Program-made: the position numbers and the translations under genes
Assembly: GCA_038874115.1 (NCBI GenBank)
Contig: JAVZDC010000001.1
Span: 266,871-330,870, forward strand
DNA from: an archaeon
GTDB lineage: Archaea > B1Sed10-29 > JAVZDC01
Direction of reading: 5' to 3'
Length of the DNA stretch: 64,000 bases
Part shown: in pieces, positions 1 through 10,280 of the stretch
How positions within the stretch are numbered: position 1 is the stretch's first letter
Layout: every line of letters starts with the position of its first letter
Notes under the pieces: model-generated
Database searches by the model: none
What the model was told of the DNA's origin: nothing
Seen by the model: only the letters and a program-made list of their open reading frames with translations

Positions 1-2496
1 AGCTTCTATCAAGATATCGTCATTAGAATTATTGCTCAACATGACTTGTTGTATCGAAATATCCGTCGTTCCAGAAAGATGGATTCCTGTAGAGAAATTA
101 AATATTTTGCAATTTTTTATTTGGCTGGATTGTTGAGAATTTGCCAAATAGATTCCAGATCCCGAATTTGATCCAACAATTGAATGACCTGCGCAATCAA
201 AAGTTTTTCCCGAAAAATTCACGGGAGAATTTATGCAAGTTTCTTCAGAAGTTATATTTTGAGTTAAGATAACTCCAGTACAAGCTGGATCGTTTAATTT
301 ATTAGTACAATCTCCACAAGAATTACATTCACAAGTCTGTCTCTGAGTTGGGGCGATTTGAGGATATGCATAAATAAAAACGTAATCGAACGAACCCTTA
401 CACTTCGCATCAAGCGCTATTTTATCTATAATTGGAAATACACTAGTTGTTTGAGTATCTATCAACTCTCCATTGAAAGTCCAATTTTGATTGTTTGGAA
501 AGATAATAGTATTGTATAGATTATAATTATCTAAATTTGTGGAGTAAGGACAACTTCCGCTGCCCGAGCAAATATGTTCAAAAAATCTGTAAAACGATGG
601 AGATTGTGAGAAGAACGGGGCATTCCACCACCGTTGAGTATCAAAAACAGCATATACTACATTTCCACAATCTCCGTTAATATATTCCATAGTTGCCCAT
701 GCTGAAGAACGTAAAGCTAAACCTAAAGAAGAATTTATATTACTCTTATATTTTGGTATCAGATGATGCCCCCAACCCCACCAATAGAAAGTATTATCAT
801 AAAGACCAGTAACGTTTGCGTATCCATCGGCAACTTTCCAACCTAAATGATAATACCATTTAGAATCATCCCTTGTAGAGAAATCGTCAAAAAAGTCAAA
901 TACTTGCTCTCCGTTTGATGCGCTGTCTGCTGAAAGATTTCCATAGTAATAATATATTATTTTTTGAGAATTTGCCGGAATATATGGAACATTTATCCAA
1001 ATAGAAGTACTAGGAGTATTACATCCCTTTTCAATCCAATAATTTAGGAAAGTTGATGTATCCAAATCTAAGAATCTAAGATCTGCGCAATCTGATCTCA
1101 TTTTACCTTGATCAATTAAAGATTGTGTATCTAACTCAAAATTATATCTATATTTTACAAGACTATTGCTATTATTTGAATTATCGATTAAGAAAGAATC
1201 TGAATAAGGCCAATTACTTATATTGGTAATAACAATTGTTCTTGTTTGAGAATAAGAGGTATATTCTGAGTTATAACATTTAATGTACCATGAATGTGCA
1301 CCATCTGCAGATATATTTGCAGATATATTTGTAAATGTATTGTTTTGAACTGATGTGATTAAAGAGGCCAAATTATTATCAACATAGAGGGCACAACTCA
1401 GGTTTCTATCCGAAATTACATAAAATGTAAAATTATATTCTCCTGGGCTTGTAATAAAGTAATCGCGAGGGGAGGATAAAAGTACCTGCGGACCAATTTT
1501 AACAACAGGATCAATATTCGTGAATTTTCTTACTCTTGCCCAATCTACTTCAGTAGATCCATGCCCTTGGGAAAAAATGTCCGAAGCGATTCCGATCGAA
1601 AATATTGGAGAATATGGATTTGAAAAAAGTCCAAAATAGGACATATACGGAGTATTATTTACCGAAAAAAGCATAAATTTCTCTGGTGCGATGCTCATCC
1701 CCCATAAAGAAAATGATGGAAAATCGCTCGTGTCCGGTGTTGTGTACTCTAAGAAGTCCTGCGGTACTGGACCAAATGGTGACCATACGGAATAAGCTGC
1801 GGTACCTAAATCTGTTCTATTCCTCCAGTTCACAACATACCCGTCCGGAGCATGATGACGATCATCCAAATTTGTTGAATTACTATAACCAATCGAAAAA
1901 ACGGGTTGTTCGGACGAATTTAAAATTTTTAATTCAAACCAGCTAGAATTATTGAATGTAGTTTGAGAATGAATCCAAACATAATCGGAGTAAGAAGAAG
2001 TGGAAAAAGTTATTTTGCCTGAATTAACAGAATAACTTCCTCCCGATGAGCTTTGAGAAGTCCATTTTGAAGTATTTAAAGAATTTCCATCAAAATCATC
2101 AAAAAAGTCAAAAGTCGTATATGGATTACTTGCTGAATCGGATTGATTATCATACCTCAAATAAATTACTTTCGTTGAATTTGCAAGTATTTGCGGAACT
2201 TTTACCCAAACTTTTGTCTCATTCGTATTACAACCACTTTCCAACCAAAAAGATAACATCGTCGAATTATCAGAATCTAAAAATCTAATATCTGAACAAT
2301 CTGGCTTCATTTTACCTTCGTTAATTAAAGTTTCAGAATCAAAAGTAACAAGAATTTGAAAATCAGATAAATTTTCGTAATTATTGGAATTATCAATCGT
2401 TATAAATTTGTAATAAGTTTCTGCAAAACTAATGGTAGACAAGGTAAAAAAGAATACTATAAAAGCAATTATACTTTTATTAAAAATCTGAGTCAT
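1..2496 (-). CDS. Large secreted/cell-surface protein with two DUF2341-like repeats, an Ig-like linker and a NosD/PbH1-like beta-helix (partial; runs off the window start)
   Basis: Hand translation from the ATG at 2496: signal peptide MTQIFNKSIIAFIVFFFTLSTISFA; repeat 1 GKMKPDCSDIRF..FWLESGCNT..VWVKVP..FDFFDDF; repeat 2 GKMRSDCADLRF..YWIEKGCNT..IWINVP..FDFFDDF; then CNSCGDC..TFDCAGHSIVG..IKNCKIFNFSTGIHL. The frame is consistent to base 1, and it is absent from the ORF track because there is no stop in the window. Confidence 0.85.
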   Translation of the reverse strand, partial: MTQIFNKSIIAFIVFFFTLSTISFAETYYKFITIDNSNNYENLSDFQILVTFDSETLINEGKMKPDCSDIRFLDSDNSTMLSFWLESGCNTNETKVWVKVPQILANSTKVIYLRYDNQSDSASNPYTTFDFFDDFDGNSLNTSKWTSQSSSGGSYSVNSGKITFSTSSYSDYVWIHSQTTFNNSSWFELKILNSSEQPVFSIGYSNSTNLDDRHHAPDGYVVNWRNRTDLGTAAYSVWSPFGPVPQDFLEYTTPDTSDFPSFSLWGMSIAPEKFMLFSVNNTPYMSYFGLFSNPYSPIFSIGIASDIFSQGHGSTEVDWARVRKFTNIDPVVKIGPQVLLSSPRDYFITSPGEYNFTFYVISDRNLSCALYVDNNLASLITSVQNNTFTNISANISADGAHSWYIKCYNSEYTSYSQTRTIVITNISNWPYSDSFLIDNSNNSNSLVKYRYNFELDTQSLIDQGKMRSDCADLRFLDLDTSTFLNYWIEKGCNTPSTSIWINVPYIPANSQKIIYYYYGNLSADSASNGEQVFDFFDDFSTRDDSKWYYHLGWKVADGYANVTGLYDNTFYWWGWGHHLIPKYKSNINSSLGLALRSSAWATMEYINGDCGNVVYAVFDTQRWWNAPFFSQSPSFYRFFEHICSGSGSCPYSTNLDNYNLYNTIIFPNNQNWTFNGELIDTQTTSVFPIIDKIALDAKCKGSFDYVFIYAYPQIAPTQRQTCECNSCGDCTNKLNDPACTGVILTQNITSEETCINSPVNFSGKTFDCAGHSIVGSNSGSGIYLANSQQSSQIKNCKIFNFSTGIHLSGTTDISIQQVMLSNNSNDDILIEA

Positions 2497-2638
2497 CAGT
2501 ATCTCCCTCCAAGTTTTTCTCTAATTTTATCTTTGAAAGAATCTTGAAATAAGCATCCAACAACTCATCTAAAGATAATGACGACATTTTTTGAGCATAT
2601 AGGTTAAGTAAATTCAGTGCAAGTTCTTCATCATCCAT
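2480..2638 (-). CDS. Small hypothetical protein (MDDEELALNLLNLYAQ...)
   Basis: Fills the gap upstream of the surface-protein gene and overlaps its start; GGAG precedes the ATG at 2638. Confidence 0.5.
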   Translation of the reverse strand: MDDEELALNLLNLYAQKMSSLSLDELLDAYFKILSKIKLEKNLEGDTDDSDF

Positions 2639-2680
2639 AGCATCTCCAAAATTTTTATATTTCAAATCTATTTAAAGATT

Positions 2681-3448
2681 ATGCTTATCAAACTAGGAGT
2701 AGCAGGTAATCCAACAATTTGCTCAAAAATAGAAGAAAGCATTCCTTGGCTAGGTGAACATGGATTACATGAGGAAATAGAATTTGTAAGGAATGTTTGG
2801 ATGACTGAAAAAAGAGCGGAAAAGGTTGCTGAGTTAGCCAAAAAGCATAATGTCGAATTAAGCATTCATGCGCCATATTATATAAATCTCGCAAACCCGG
2901 AAAAAGCTGAAATTTCAAAGAAAAGAATCTTGGCTTGTTGTAAAATTGCTGAAATCTTAAACGCTGGACCTGTCGTATTTCACGCAGGCTATTATGGAAA
3001 AGACCCTCAAAAAGCAAGAAGTTTAATAAAAAAAGAATGCTTGGACTTAAGTAATAAAACTCGGGCGTTCCTTGGGTTGGAAACAACTGGGAGAGTAAAC
3101 CAGTTTGGAACTTTGGATGAAATTTTGGAAATTTGTGAAGAAATAAACAATTGCGTCCCAGTTGTAGACTTCGCACATATATATGCAAGAAGTTTTGGAA
3201 AAGTTGATTTTAAAGAAATTTTGCGAAAACTTACGAAATATGAAAAAATACATTCTCATTTCTCCGGGATTGAAATAGGAAAATCTGGGGAAAGAAAACA
3301 TACTCCGATAGATAATAACCCTTGTTTTAAAGAGATTGCAAAAATGCTTTTGGAGATAAATAAACCAAAAGAAATAATGATTATAAACGAATCTCCTCTT
3401 TTAGAGACAGACGCGTTAAAAATGAAGAAAATACTGGAAGAAATTTAA
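2681..3448 (+). CDS. nfo: Endonuclease IV (AP endonuclease, TIM barrel)
   Basis: Motifs SIHAPYYINL, VFHAG, GLETTG, VDFAH, HSHFSG, HTP, INESP. Confidence 0.92.
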   Translation: MLIKLGVAGNPTICSKIEESIPWLGEHGLHEEIEFVRNVWMTEKRAEKVAELAKKHNVELSIHAPYYINLANPEKAEISKKRILACCKIAEILNAGPVVFHAGYYGKDPQKARSLIKKECLDLSNKTRAFLGLETTGRVNQFGTLDEILEICEEINNCVPVVDFAHIYARSFGKVDFKEILRKLTKYEKIHSHFSGIEIGKSGERKHTPIDNNPCFKEIAKMLLEINKPKEIMIINESPLLETDALKMKKILEEI

Positions 3449-4002
3449 GAAAGCATATCCTCCAACGTAAGCTTTTTCTTCTCTTTTAATTTCTTTATAA
3501 TTTCTTCTTCCTTTTGCGGAGTTAACTCTGAACTCTCTTTCCCAAAAACAAAACTCTTTACACTTTTCATTTTTTGTTTAGCCGTACTTTTCAATTCCTC
3601 TTTTTTCTTTTGGAGATATTCACGCAATTTCTGCTTATGTTCTTTTAAAAATTGTTTACATAGTTTCAATTCTTCATAAATAGCTTTCATAGTAAGCTTT
3701 TTCTTAGAAATCTCCTTTCTCTTTTTTTCCACATTTTCCCATTGTTCGAGATAAGCATCCATCTTTTGCAGTTCGGAGACGATAGCTTTTTCCTGAGCTT
3801 TTGATAAAGGCTCTGTTTGGTATTTCCAAGAAAGTTTTTTATACTTTGCTTTTATGCTCTTATAATCTTTTGGCAAAGATGGAATAGAGGCAATTTCCTG
3901 CTTTAATGCTTTTAAATTAGAAGAAATTTCCTGTATCTTTTTTTGAAGCTCAGAAATAGCTGCTTTTTCTTGCTCTATTAATTCAGATAATTTATCACTC
4001 AT
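3445..4002 (-). CDS. Archaeal coiled-coil protein (COG1340-like)
   Basis: K/E-rich heptads, KLSWKYQTEPLSKAQEKAIV, C-terminal KKKLTLEDM. Confidence 0.65.
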   Translation of the reverse strand: MSDKLSELIEQEKAAISELQKKIQEISSNLKALKQEIASIPSLPKDYKSIKAKYKKLSWKYQTEPLSKAQEKAIVSELQKMDAYLEQWENVEKKRKEISKKKLTMKAIYEELKLCKQFLKEHKQKLREYLQKKKEELKSTAKQKMKSVKSFVFGKESSELTPQKEEEIIKKLKEKKKLTLEDMLS

Positions 4003-4691
4003 TCAGATCCCAACCGAGTAAATTTTCTGATCGATAGCAATCTTAAAGCGGCATAGATGCATACAAAACCCATGAAAAGGATTGATAACACACCCAAGAA
4101 AAATATTAGTTCAATATTAATAGAATATTTGAAGAGTGAGTTTAAATAAGTTACTAGATTTGAGACCCCTGTCAAAATAGAAAATCCCCCAACTAATAAT
4201 AAAGAAATTATTAAAAGATCGCGCAGAGGCCCACTTATTGTTATTTTCTCAATCTGAGAAGAAATAGATTTTAATCTAGCTTCTACGCCTAACTTAAAAT
4301 CTTTAAATTCAGACTGAACTGCTAAAAACTCATCCCTTGTTTTCTCCTGAACCTTGTCTGTATATTGTTTAGCATCCAATTTCATTAATTCTAACTTTGT
4401 ATCTACTTTTTTAGCAAAATCATCAAAAAGGTTAGAAACATACTTTTCCAAAGATTCTCTTCTTTTTTCTATTAACTCATCTACAATCTCTCTTAACTTT
4501 GATTCTACCAAAGCATCATATTTTGCCTTGGCAACTTTTAAAATCTCTTTAGCCTCAGTCTCTGACGCCCCACTCTCGATCAAATTTTCAATTATTTTCT
4601 GTTCGGGAACGTTTATCGTTAACATCTCCAATACAACGTCAAGCATCTTAGAAGATTCTACTTTCTCTTTTTTCTTTTCAAAAAGAGGCAT
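3999..4691 (-). CDS. Hypothetical coiled-coil membrane protein (2 C-terminal TM helices)
   Basis: 230 aa ORF; hydrophobic C-terminus; 4-nt overlap with the next gene. Confidence 0.7.
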   Translation of the reverse strand: MPLFEKKKEKVESSKMLDVVLEMLTINVPEQKIIENLIESGASETEAKEILKVAKAKYDALVESKLREIVDELIEKRRESLEKYVSNLFDDFAKKVDTKLELMKLDAKQYTDKVQEKTRDEFLAVQSEFKDFKLGVEARLKSISSQIEKITISGPLRDLLIISLLLVGGFSILTGVSNLVTYLNSLFKYSINIELIFFLGVLSILFMGFVCIYAALRLLSIRKFTRLGSE

Positions 4692-4792
4692 GATTTTTAT
4701 TAAGAGCGATGTTTTAAAAACTTTATGGTATAAACTAAAACTATCTAAAAAAAGTTTAATAAAAAATTTATTTTGAAATTCTTCGTAAATTC

Positions 4793-5179
4793 ATGTCATA
4801 TTCAATCCTTTTGCTTTTTATTTTAATCATATTTGCCTGCGACCTTAAAATAAACGAGATTCAAAAAAATCTGGAAAATGACTTGCAAGTAAATTTAGCT
4901 ACGTTCCAAGAGATAAAGGAATTCCAATATGAAAATGAAAATTATTTTTATTACAATTTAAAAAAAGTTGCTAATGGTTTGGAAACTTCGGAAGAAAAAG
5001 CAAAAAAATTATGTTTTGAGTTAGAAAAGAACCCTTATTTTAAAAAAGAGAATTGTGAAAATAAAGTAGTCTTTTTTGAAAATTTTGTTGAAATCTTGGA
5101 TGATTTTATTTTTGAAAATAAAATCCATGGAAACTTTGTACAAACCAGGATTCAAAAAGGTGCGTATGTATGGAGATGA
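4793..5179 (+). CDS. Hypothetical N-terminally anchored protein (possible degenerate minor pilin)
   Basis: Hydrophobic N-terminus; first of four overlapping small ORFs. Confidence 0.55.
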   Translation: MSYSILLLFILIIFACDLKINEIQKNLENDLQVNLATFQEIKEFQYENENYFYYNLKKVANGLETSEEKAKKLCFELEKNPYFKKENCENKVVFFENFVEILDDFIFENKIHGNFVQTRIQKGAYVWR

Positions 5180-5463
5180 TCTTACCTTACTCATTTTTTA
5201 TCGCAACAATATGCTTATTCTCTTTTATGCTTTTGGTTGAATCAAAAAATTTTATTGAAAGGGTCTTAGAGATCAGAGAAAAATATATTGTGGAGAAAGT
5301 AGCAAGCGCTTGTTTTTTATACCGACTTACAGGGGTTAGCCAAAAAATAAATGTGGATGTAGGTTTTGATGGGAAGATATTTTCGAAAAAAATGCCACAT
5401 ATAAAATCAGACTGCTATTCTTCTATTTCAATTGAAAACGGTTTTGTTGTTTTTGGTGGTTAA
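5170..5463 (+). CDS. Hypothetical N-terminally anchored protein (possible minor pilin)
   Basis: Hydrophobic N-terminus plus a small Cys-containing domain; translationally coupled to neighbours. Confidence 0.55.
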   Translation: MEMILPYSFFIATICLFSFMLLVESKNFIERVLEIREKYIVEKVASACFLYRLTGVSQKINVDVGFDGKIFSKKMPHIKSDCYSSISIENGFVVFGG

Positions 5464-5464
5464 T

Positions 5465-5782
5465 TTGCTTGAGTTTGATGTTGGACTTAGCATCGTTGTG
5501 CTTTTGCTTGGTTTAACGATATTTTTTAATTCACTTACCCCTCCAGACGACGATTTCATCAAGAAGTACGAACTCATCGAAAAAAGTAGAATTTTATTGT
5601 TTGATAAGGAGATCGGACTTGCGACGGAGTGTCCTTATTGTATAGCCACTTCGAACTTAGAAAAATCAAAGAATATTCTAAAATTAAAAGAAATAAAAAT
5701 AAATGAAGATCCGGGAATAACTTGCATAAAAAGGATTGCAATTTGTGACAAAAAGGAGGTATGCATTTTATATGTTTGCTAA
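5465..5782 (+). CDS. Putative minor type IV pilin-like protein
   Basis: TTG start after GGTGG; LLEFDVGLSIVVLLLG hydrophobic helix; C-terminal IKRIAIC..ILYVC resembles the IKRLV..LIVKVCS end of 23023-23469. Confidence 0.55.
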   Translation: MLEFDVGLSIVVLLLGLTIFFNSLTPPDDDFIKKYELIEKSRILLFDKEIGLATECPYCIATSNLEKSKNILKLKEIKINEDPGITCIKRIAICDKKEVCILYVC

Positions 5783-6110
5783 ATCGAAAAGTTTTGCTTT
5801 TTTTACTTTTGATAGCTTGATTTTTCTAATGTTGCTAATTTTAATAATATCAAGTATCCCGAAAGAGGAAAAGATGGATAATTTCGATGTTTTACTTTAT
5901 GAAATTGCTCAAGACGCAGTCCAAACTTGTTTATACCTGGATGAGTTTAATGAAGAATGTCTTAAAGTTTTGAAAAAAATAGATAAAAACATAAATTACT
6001 GTTTTTGCGAACATGAAGGCATCAAGTTTAAAAGGTATACTTCAGAAGGTGAGAAAGTTCTAGTTGTTTGGTACTCCATTCCTAAACGAAATGATGCCTT
6101 TTTTAATTAA
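5772..6110 (+). CDS. Putative minor type IV pilin-like protein
   Basis: AGGAGGT upstream; KSFAFFTFDSLIFLMLL resembles the KAFFISMDAVLAI pilin-like signal at 22739-23026. Confidence 0.6.
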   Translation: MFAKSKSFAFFTFDSLIFLMLLILIISSIPKEEKMDNFDVLLYEIAQDAVQTCLYLDEFNEECLKVLKKIDKNINYCFCEHEGIKFKRYTSEGEKVLVVWYSIPKRNDAFFN

Positions 6111-6404
6111 AAAACTTGAAAAATTGCACCTTGAATGAATGCAGAATGAATCACAGCAAAGATTTCCATTACTCGCGCTTACGTTGAGTTCTTGATTAAA
6201 AGAATAGTTTAAACTTGAAACTCCAAAAAATATTGATTTTTCACAAGCTTCTTGAACCTTAAAACAAATGTTTGAAATTTTATTTTTTAATATAATCTTT
6301 TCTCCTGCCTTTTCGAATTTTGAATATACAGGTATAAAAATAAGGATGGATGAAATCAAAAAAGCAAAAAGTATTAAATATTCTAAAGAAACTTGCGCGT
6401 TCAT
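6060..6404 (-). CDS. Class III signal peptide (type IV pilin-like) protein
   Basis: NAQVSLEYLILF (QxSxE motif) followed by a hydrophobic helix. Confidence 0.8.
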   Translation of the reverse strand: MNAQVSLEYLILFAFLISSILIFIPVYSKFEKAGEKIILKNKISNICFKVQEACEKSIFFGVSSLNYSFNQELNVSASNGNLCCDSFCIHSRCNFSSFLIKKGIISFRNGVPNN

Positions 6405-6556
6405 GTTGCGTTCAAAACTTTTTTCATGTTGGAAACCAAATTCGTTTTTGCGGTGGACCCAAAAGTTTTAGCAGAAACAATAAAAATAAAAGCTAAGCTT
6501 AGAAGTATTGAAGCTATTACTAAAATTTCCAAGGAAGTTTGAGCATTATCGTCCAT
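6401..6556 (-). CDS. Small pilin-like protein, 51 aa (not in the ORF track)
   Basis: Hand translation MDDNAQTSLEILVIASILLSLAFIFIVSAKTFGSTAKTNLVSNMKKVLNAT*; ATGA overlap with 6404. Confidence 0.8.
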   Translation of the reverse strand: MDDNAQTSLEILVIASILLSLAFIFIVSAKTFGSTAKTNLVSNMKKVLNAT

Positions 6557-6561
6557 TAAAA

Positions 6562-6738
6562 TCACTCTCCTGAAGTAATATTATCGATTGATGCTAAAAC
6601 TTTGTCAGCTTTTTCAGAAAGTTTTGTTGCAGCGTGCTTTACATTTGAATTAAGAGTATTTATAAAAACAAAAGCAACAGCAAGTAATGCTGCAATGATA
6701 ACTATCAATTCAGCTGAGATCTGCGCTCGGTCGTCCAT
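6562..6738 (-). CDS. Small class III signal peptide pilin, 58 aa
   Basis: MDDRAQISAELIVIIAALLAVAFVF (RAQxSxE motif). Confidence 0.82.
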   Translation of the reverse strand: MDDRAQISAELIVIIAALLAVAFVFINTLNSNVKHAATKLSEKADKVLASIDNITSGE

Positions 6739-6835
6739 GATAAAGAAAAAAAGAAAATTTAATAAAAATTTTTTCAACTGGAATAAGTTTAATCTAGTGA
6801 AAAATTTTTAAAGTTTAAAAATAGAAAAATATTGT

Positions 6836-7387
6836 ATGCTGTTTTATAAAGGGGAAATAATTCATATTTTGATCTCAGTACTTACAATTTCAGCAGCTTT
6901 TTCATTTCCATTTATGATTTCATTTCCAGTAGTTTTTATTACTTTAGGTTTGGGTTTTGTTCTGCATGAACTTGCTCACAAGATAGTTGCGATGAAGTAC
7001 GGATGTGTAGCAGTTTATAGAGCCTGGCTAGAAGGATTGGCATTAGCTTTAATTTTTGCGATTTTTACTGGAGGAAATTTTGTATTCGCTGCTCCTGGAG
7101 CAGTTTATATTTATAAACATACGATAACCAGAAGAGAGGATGGGATTATAAGTTTAGCCGGTCCTCTAACAAATTTGATACTCGCTGTTATGTTTTTATA
7201 CCTAGCCCCTCTCTTAGGAAAAATAGCAATTATTGGGTTCCAAGTAAATGCTTTTCTCGCATTCTTTAATCTCTTGCCAATCCCACCATTAGATGGATCA
7301 AAAGTATTTTCTTGGAATATAGGAGTATGGCTCTTTGCGATAGGATTTGCCGCGATAATGGCTTTTTCTTATCCTCTTGTTTTTTAA
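6836..7387 (+). CDS. Site-2 protease (peptidase M50) membrane metalloprotease
   Basis: HELAH zinc motif, AGPLTN, FNLLPIPPLDG. Confidence 0.93.
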   Translation: MLFYKGEIIHILISVLTISAAFSFPFMISFPVVFITLGLGFVLHELAHKIVAMKYGCVAVYRAWLEGLALALIFAIFTGGNFVFAAPGAVYIYKHTITRREDGIISLAGPLTNLILAVMFLYLAPLLGKIAIIGFQVNAFLAFFNLLPIPPLDGSKVFSWNIGVWLFAIGFAAIMAFSYPLVF

Positions 7388-9538
7388 TTAAATGACTTCC
7401 ATAGCTCTTTTTTGGAAAGATTCGTAAGTTTTAATTATTCTTTCCTCTAAACTAGGTCTTATGGTTTTAAACGCTTGCTCAAAATGACGCCATTCTACTT
7501 GCTTTGCCTTTTTGTTTTCTCGCAATGCATTCAACGCTGCTTCTCGAACGACTGCTGCAACATCCGCTCCAGAATATTTGTCTGCCATCTCCACTAGCTT
7601 ATTTATATCTACATCTTTGGAAATCGGAACTTTTCTTAGATGAACTTCAAAAATCTTTTTCAAAGTTTCTTTATCTGGAGGTGGTACTTGTAAAAGCTTA
7701 TCAAAACGACCTGGCCTGAGTAAAGCAGGGTCGACCAAATCAGGTCTGTTTGTCGCAGCTATAACAACAACATTTCTCAATTCTTCCAAACCATCCAATT
7801 CAGTCAAAAGTTGGTTTACTACTTGCTCATAAACATGGCTTCCGAATTCTCCTCCACGTCTTGGAGCGATAGCGTCTAATTCATCGAAAAATATTATGCA
7901 TGGGGCTGCTTGACGCGCTTTTCTAAAAATCTCTCTAATTGCTTTTTCTGATTCACCGACCCACTTACTAAAGATTTCAGGTCCTTTCACACTTATGAAA
8001 TTTGCTTCGCTTTCGTTTGCTACCGCTTTAGCTAATAATGTTTTTCCTGTACCTGGGGGACCGTATAAAAGAATACCTTTCGGAGGTGTGATTCCCATCC
8101 TTTTAAACATTTCAGGATATTTCAAAGGCCATTCCACTGCTTCAATCAATTCTTTTTTAACATTTTCTAAGCCCCCAATATCTGACCATCTTACATTCGG
8201 GATTTCAACTAAAACTTCCCTTAATGCACTAGGTTGAATTTCCTTCAATGCATTTTCGAAATCCTCTTGTGTAACCTTCAAAGAATCTAAAACCTCTACA
8301 GGGATTGTTTCTTCTTCCAAATTAATTTTTGGTAAAATTCTCCTCAAAGTCTTCATCGCAGCTTCTCTAGCTAAAGCAGCTAAATCAGCACCAACAAATC
8401 CATGAGTATTTGCTGCAAGCTCATCTAAATTAACATCCTCAGCAAGGGGCATCCCTCGCGTATGAATTTGAAGTATCTCCTTCCTGCCTTGCTTATCTGG
8501 AACAGGGAGTTCAATTTCACGGTCGAAGCGCCCAGGTCTCCTCAATGCTGGATCTAAAGCATTAGGCCTGTTTGTTGCGCCTATGACGATTACTTTTCCT
8601 CGAGATTGTAAACCATCCATGAGTGTCAAAAGTTGAGCTACCACTCTCTTTTCTACTTCTCCTACAACTTCTTCTCTTTTTGGAGCTATAGAATCAATTT
8701 CATCTATGAAAATTATGGATGGTGCCGTCTCCTGAGCTTTTTTGAAAATTTCTCTCAGTCTTTCTTCTGCCTCGCCTACGAATTTTGAAATTATTTCTGG
8801 GCCTTGAATTGAATAAAAGTTTGCTTCGCTTTCGTTTGCTACTGCTTTAGCTAATAATGTTTTTCCCGTACCTGGAGGACCATAAAGTAAAACTCCTTTT
8901 GGTGGCTCAATACCAAGTTTTGTGAATAATTCCGGATGCCGCAAAGGCAATTCTATCATTTCTCTTACTTTAATCACTTGATCTTTCAATCCCCCAATGT
9001 CCTCATACCTTATCTTCGAAACTCCCTCTATTTCTGGAACAGGTTCTTCTTTCAAAACAACATTTGTTGATTCAACAATTTGACAGAATCCTTTTGGGGA
9101 AGTATTAACAACTTTGAAAAATAGGGGAGAACCAAAGAAAGGTAATAAGATTAGATCTCCTGCCGTAACCGGTCTTTGAATCAGTCTTTGTTTCACCCAT
9201 TCAGCAAACTCTGATTGAAACCTCATTGGTTGAGTAGGCGCAAGTATGATTTTGGATGCTTCTTTAATCTCTGAAAGCTTATAAACTTTTACTTTGTCGC
9301 CAACCCCTACTCCGGCGTTTTGTCTTAAAATTCCATCCATTCTTATTATTCCTTTTCCCTCATCTTGGGGATAGGATTGCCAAACAATGACCGCTGTCTT
9401 TTTTTTCCCCTCTACCACTACGATTTCCCCGCTGCGGACGTTCAAATGTTCTCTAGAAGCAGTATCAAGCCTAACAATACCTCGTCCTATATCATCTTGC
9501 ATTGCTTCGGAAACTCGGAGAATAATACTTTCTTCCAT
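7388..9538 (-). CDS. cdc48: CDC48/VAT (p97-like) AAA+ ATPase
   Basis: N-domain ([10 protein letters not shown]) and two AAA modules [22 protein letters not shown]; start refined to MEESII. Confidence 0.97.
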   Translation of the reverse strand: MEESIILRVSEAMQDDIGRGIVRLDTASREHLNVRSGEIVVVEGKKKTAVIVWQSYPQDEGKGIIRMDGILRQNAGVGVGDKVKVYKLSEIKEASKIILAPTQPMRFQSEFAEWVKQRLIQRPVTAGDLILLPFFGSPLFFKVVNTSPKGFCQIVESTNVVLKEEPVPEIEGVSKIRYEDIGGLKDQVIKVREMIELPLRHPELFTKLGIEPPKGVLLYGPPGTGKTLLAKAVANESEANFYSIQGPEIISKFVGEAEERLREIFKKAQETAPSIIFIDEIDSIAPKREEVVGEVEKRVVAQLLTLMDGLQSRGKVIVIGATNRPNALDPALRRPGRFDREIELPVPDKQGRKEILQIHTRGMPLAEDVNLDELAANTHGFVGADLAALAREAAMKTLRRILPKINLEEETIPVEVLDSLKVTQEDFENALKEIQPSALREVLVEIPNVRWSDIGGLENVKKELIEAVEWPLKYPEMFKRMGITPPKGILLYGPPGTGKTLLAKAVANESEANFISVKGPEIFSKWVGESEKAIREIFRKARQAAPCIIFFDELDAIAPRRGGEFGSHVYEQVVNQLLTELDGLEELRNVVVIAATNRPDLVDPALLRPGRFDKLLQVPPPDKETLKKIFEVHLRKVPISKDVDINKLVEMADKYSGADVAAVVREAALNALRENKKAKQVEWRHFEQAFKTIRPSLEERIIKTYESFQKRAMEVI

Positions 9539-9638
9539 AGAAATCGCTAAGTTATTAATCTTGCAGGAATTTATATTTTTTTCTATTAACTTTCCAGAAT
9601 CTGAAAAAGAATTTAAGAAAAAAGTATTTTTTGAAAAT

Positions 9639-10280
9639 ATGCTTCCTCTTGGATGTAAAAATATGGATCTTTTGCTTGATGGTGGCTTATTGGAAAAAGT
9701 CATAACTGAAATTTATGGTGCTCCTGGTACTGGTAAAACTACTTTTGCTCTCCAAGCTGCCTTAAATGCAGCTAGGATTGGAAAAGAAGTTTTGTTTTTA
9801 GACACAGAGTCTTCTTTCAATTTTAGAAGGTTTGAGCAAATGGCTGGACCAAGGTTCAAGGAATTTTTAAAAAGAATAACCATTAAAGACATGTATTCTT
9901 TTGAAGAACAAGAAAAGGTATGTGAAAATATTTTTGGAGACCTAGTGATCGTAGATTGTTTTACCTATTTTTATAGGTTGGAAAAAAATAATGAAAATCG
10001 CGAAGAAATAAATAGAAGATTAGGGAAAATTCTTGCGAAACTTAACGAACATGCTAGAAAAAATAATGCGGCAGTACTTTTAACAAATCAAGTTTATTTT
10101 GATTTAAAAACAAATAAAGAAGAACCAGTAAGTGGGGATCTTTTAGAATATTTTTCCAAAGTCATCTTGGAGTTGAAAAATAAAGAAGAAAGAAAAGCAA
10201 TATTGAAAAAGCATGTTTTTAAAAAGCCAGGCCAAGAAGTTTATTTTAAAATAACGGATTTGGGGATTATCGATGTTTAA
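9639..10280 (+). CDS. radB: DNA repair protein RadB
   Basis: [21 protein letters not shown]-terminal KKH basic patch; start refined to MLPLGC. Confidence 0.9.
   Translation: MLPLGCKNMDLLLDGGLLEKVITEIYGAPGTGKTTFALQAALNAARIGKEVLFLDTESSFNFRRFEQMAGPRFKEFLKRITIKDMYSFEEQEKVCENIFGDLVIVDCFTYFYRLEKNNENREEINRRLGKILAKLNEHARKNNAAVLLTNQVYFDLKTNKEEPVSGDLLEYFSKVILELKNKEERKAILKKHVFKKPGQEVYFKITDLGIIDV

Noticed and set aside
1686..2288. Plus-strand ORFs of 86 and 80 aa
   Set aside because: Antisense shadows of the large DUF2341-like gene.
9387..9703. Apparent head-to-head overlap of the cdc48 and radB ORFs
   Set aside because: Artefact of longest-ORF starts; homology begins at 9538 (cdc48) and 9639 (radB), leaving a 100-nt divergent promoter.
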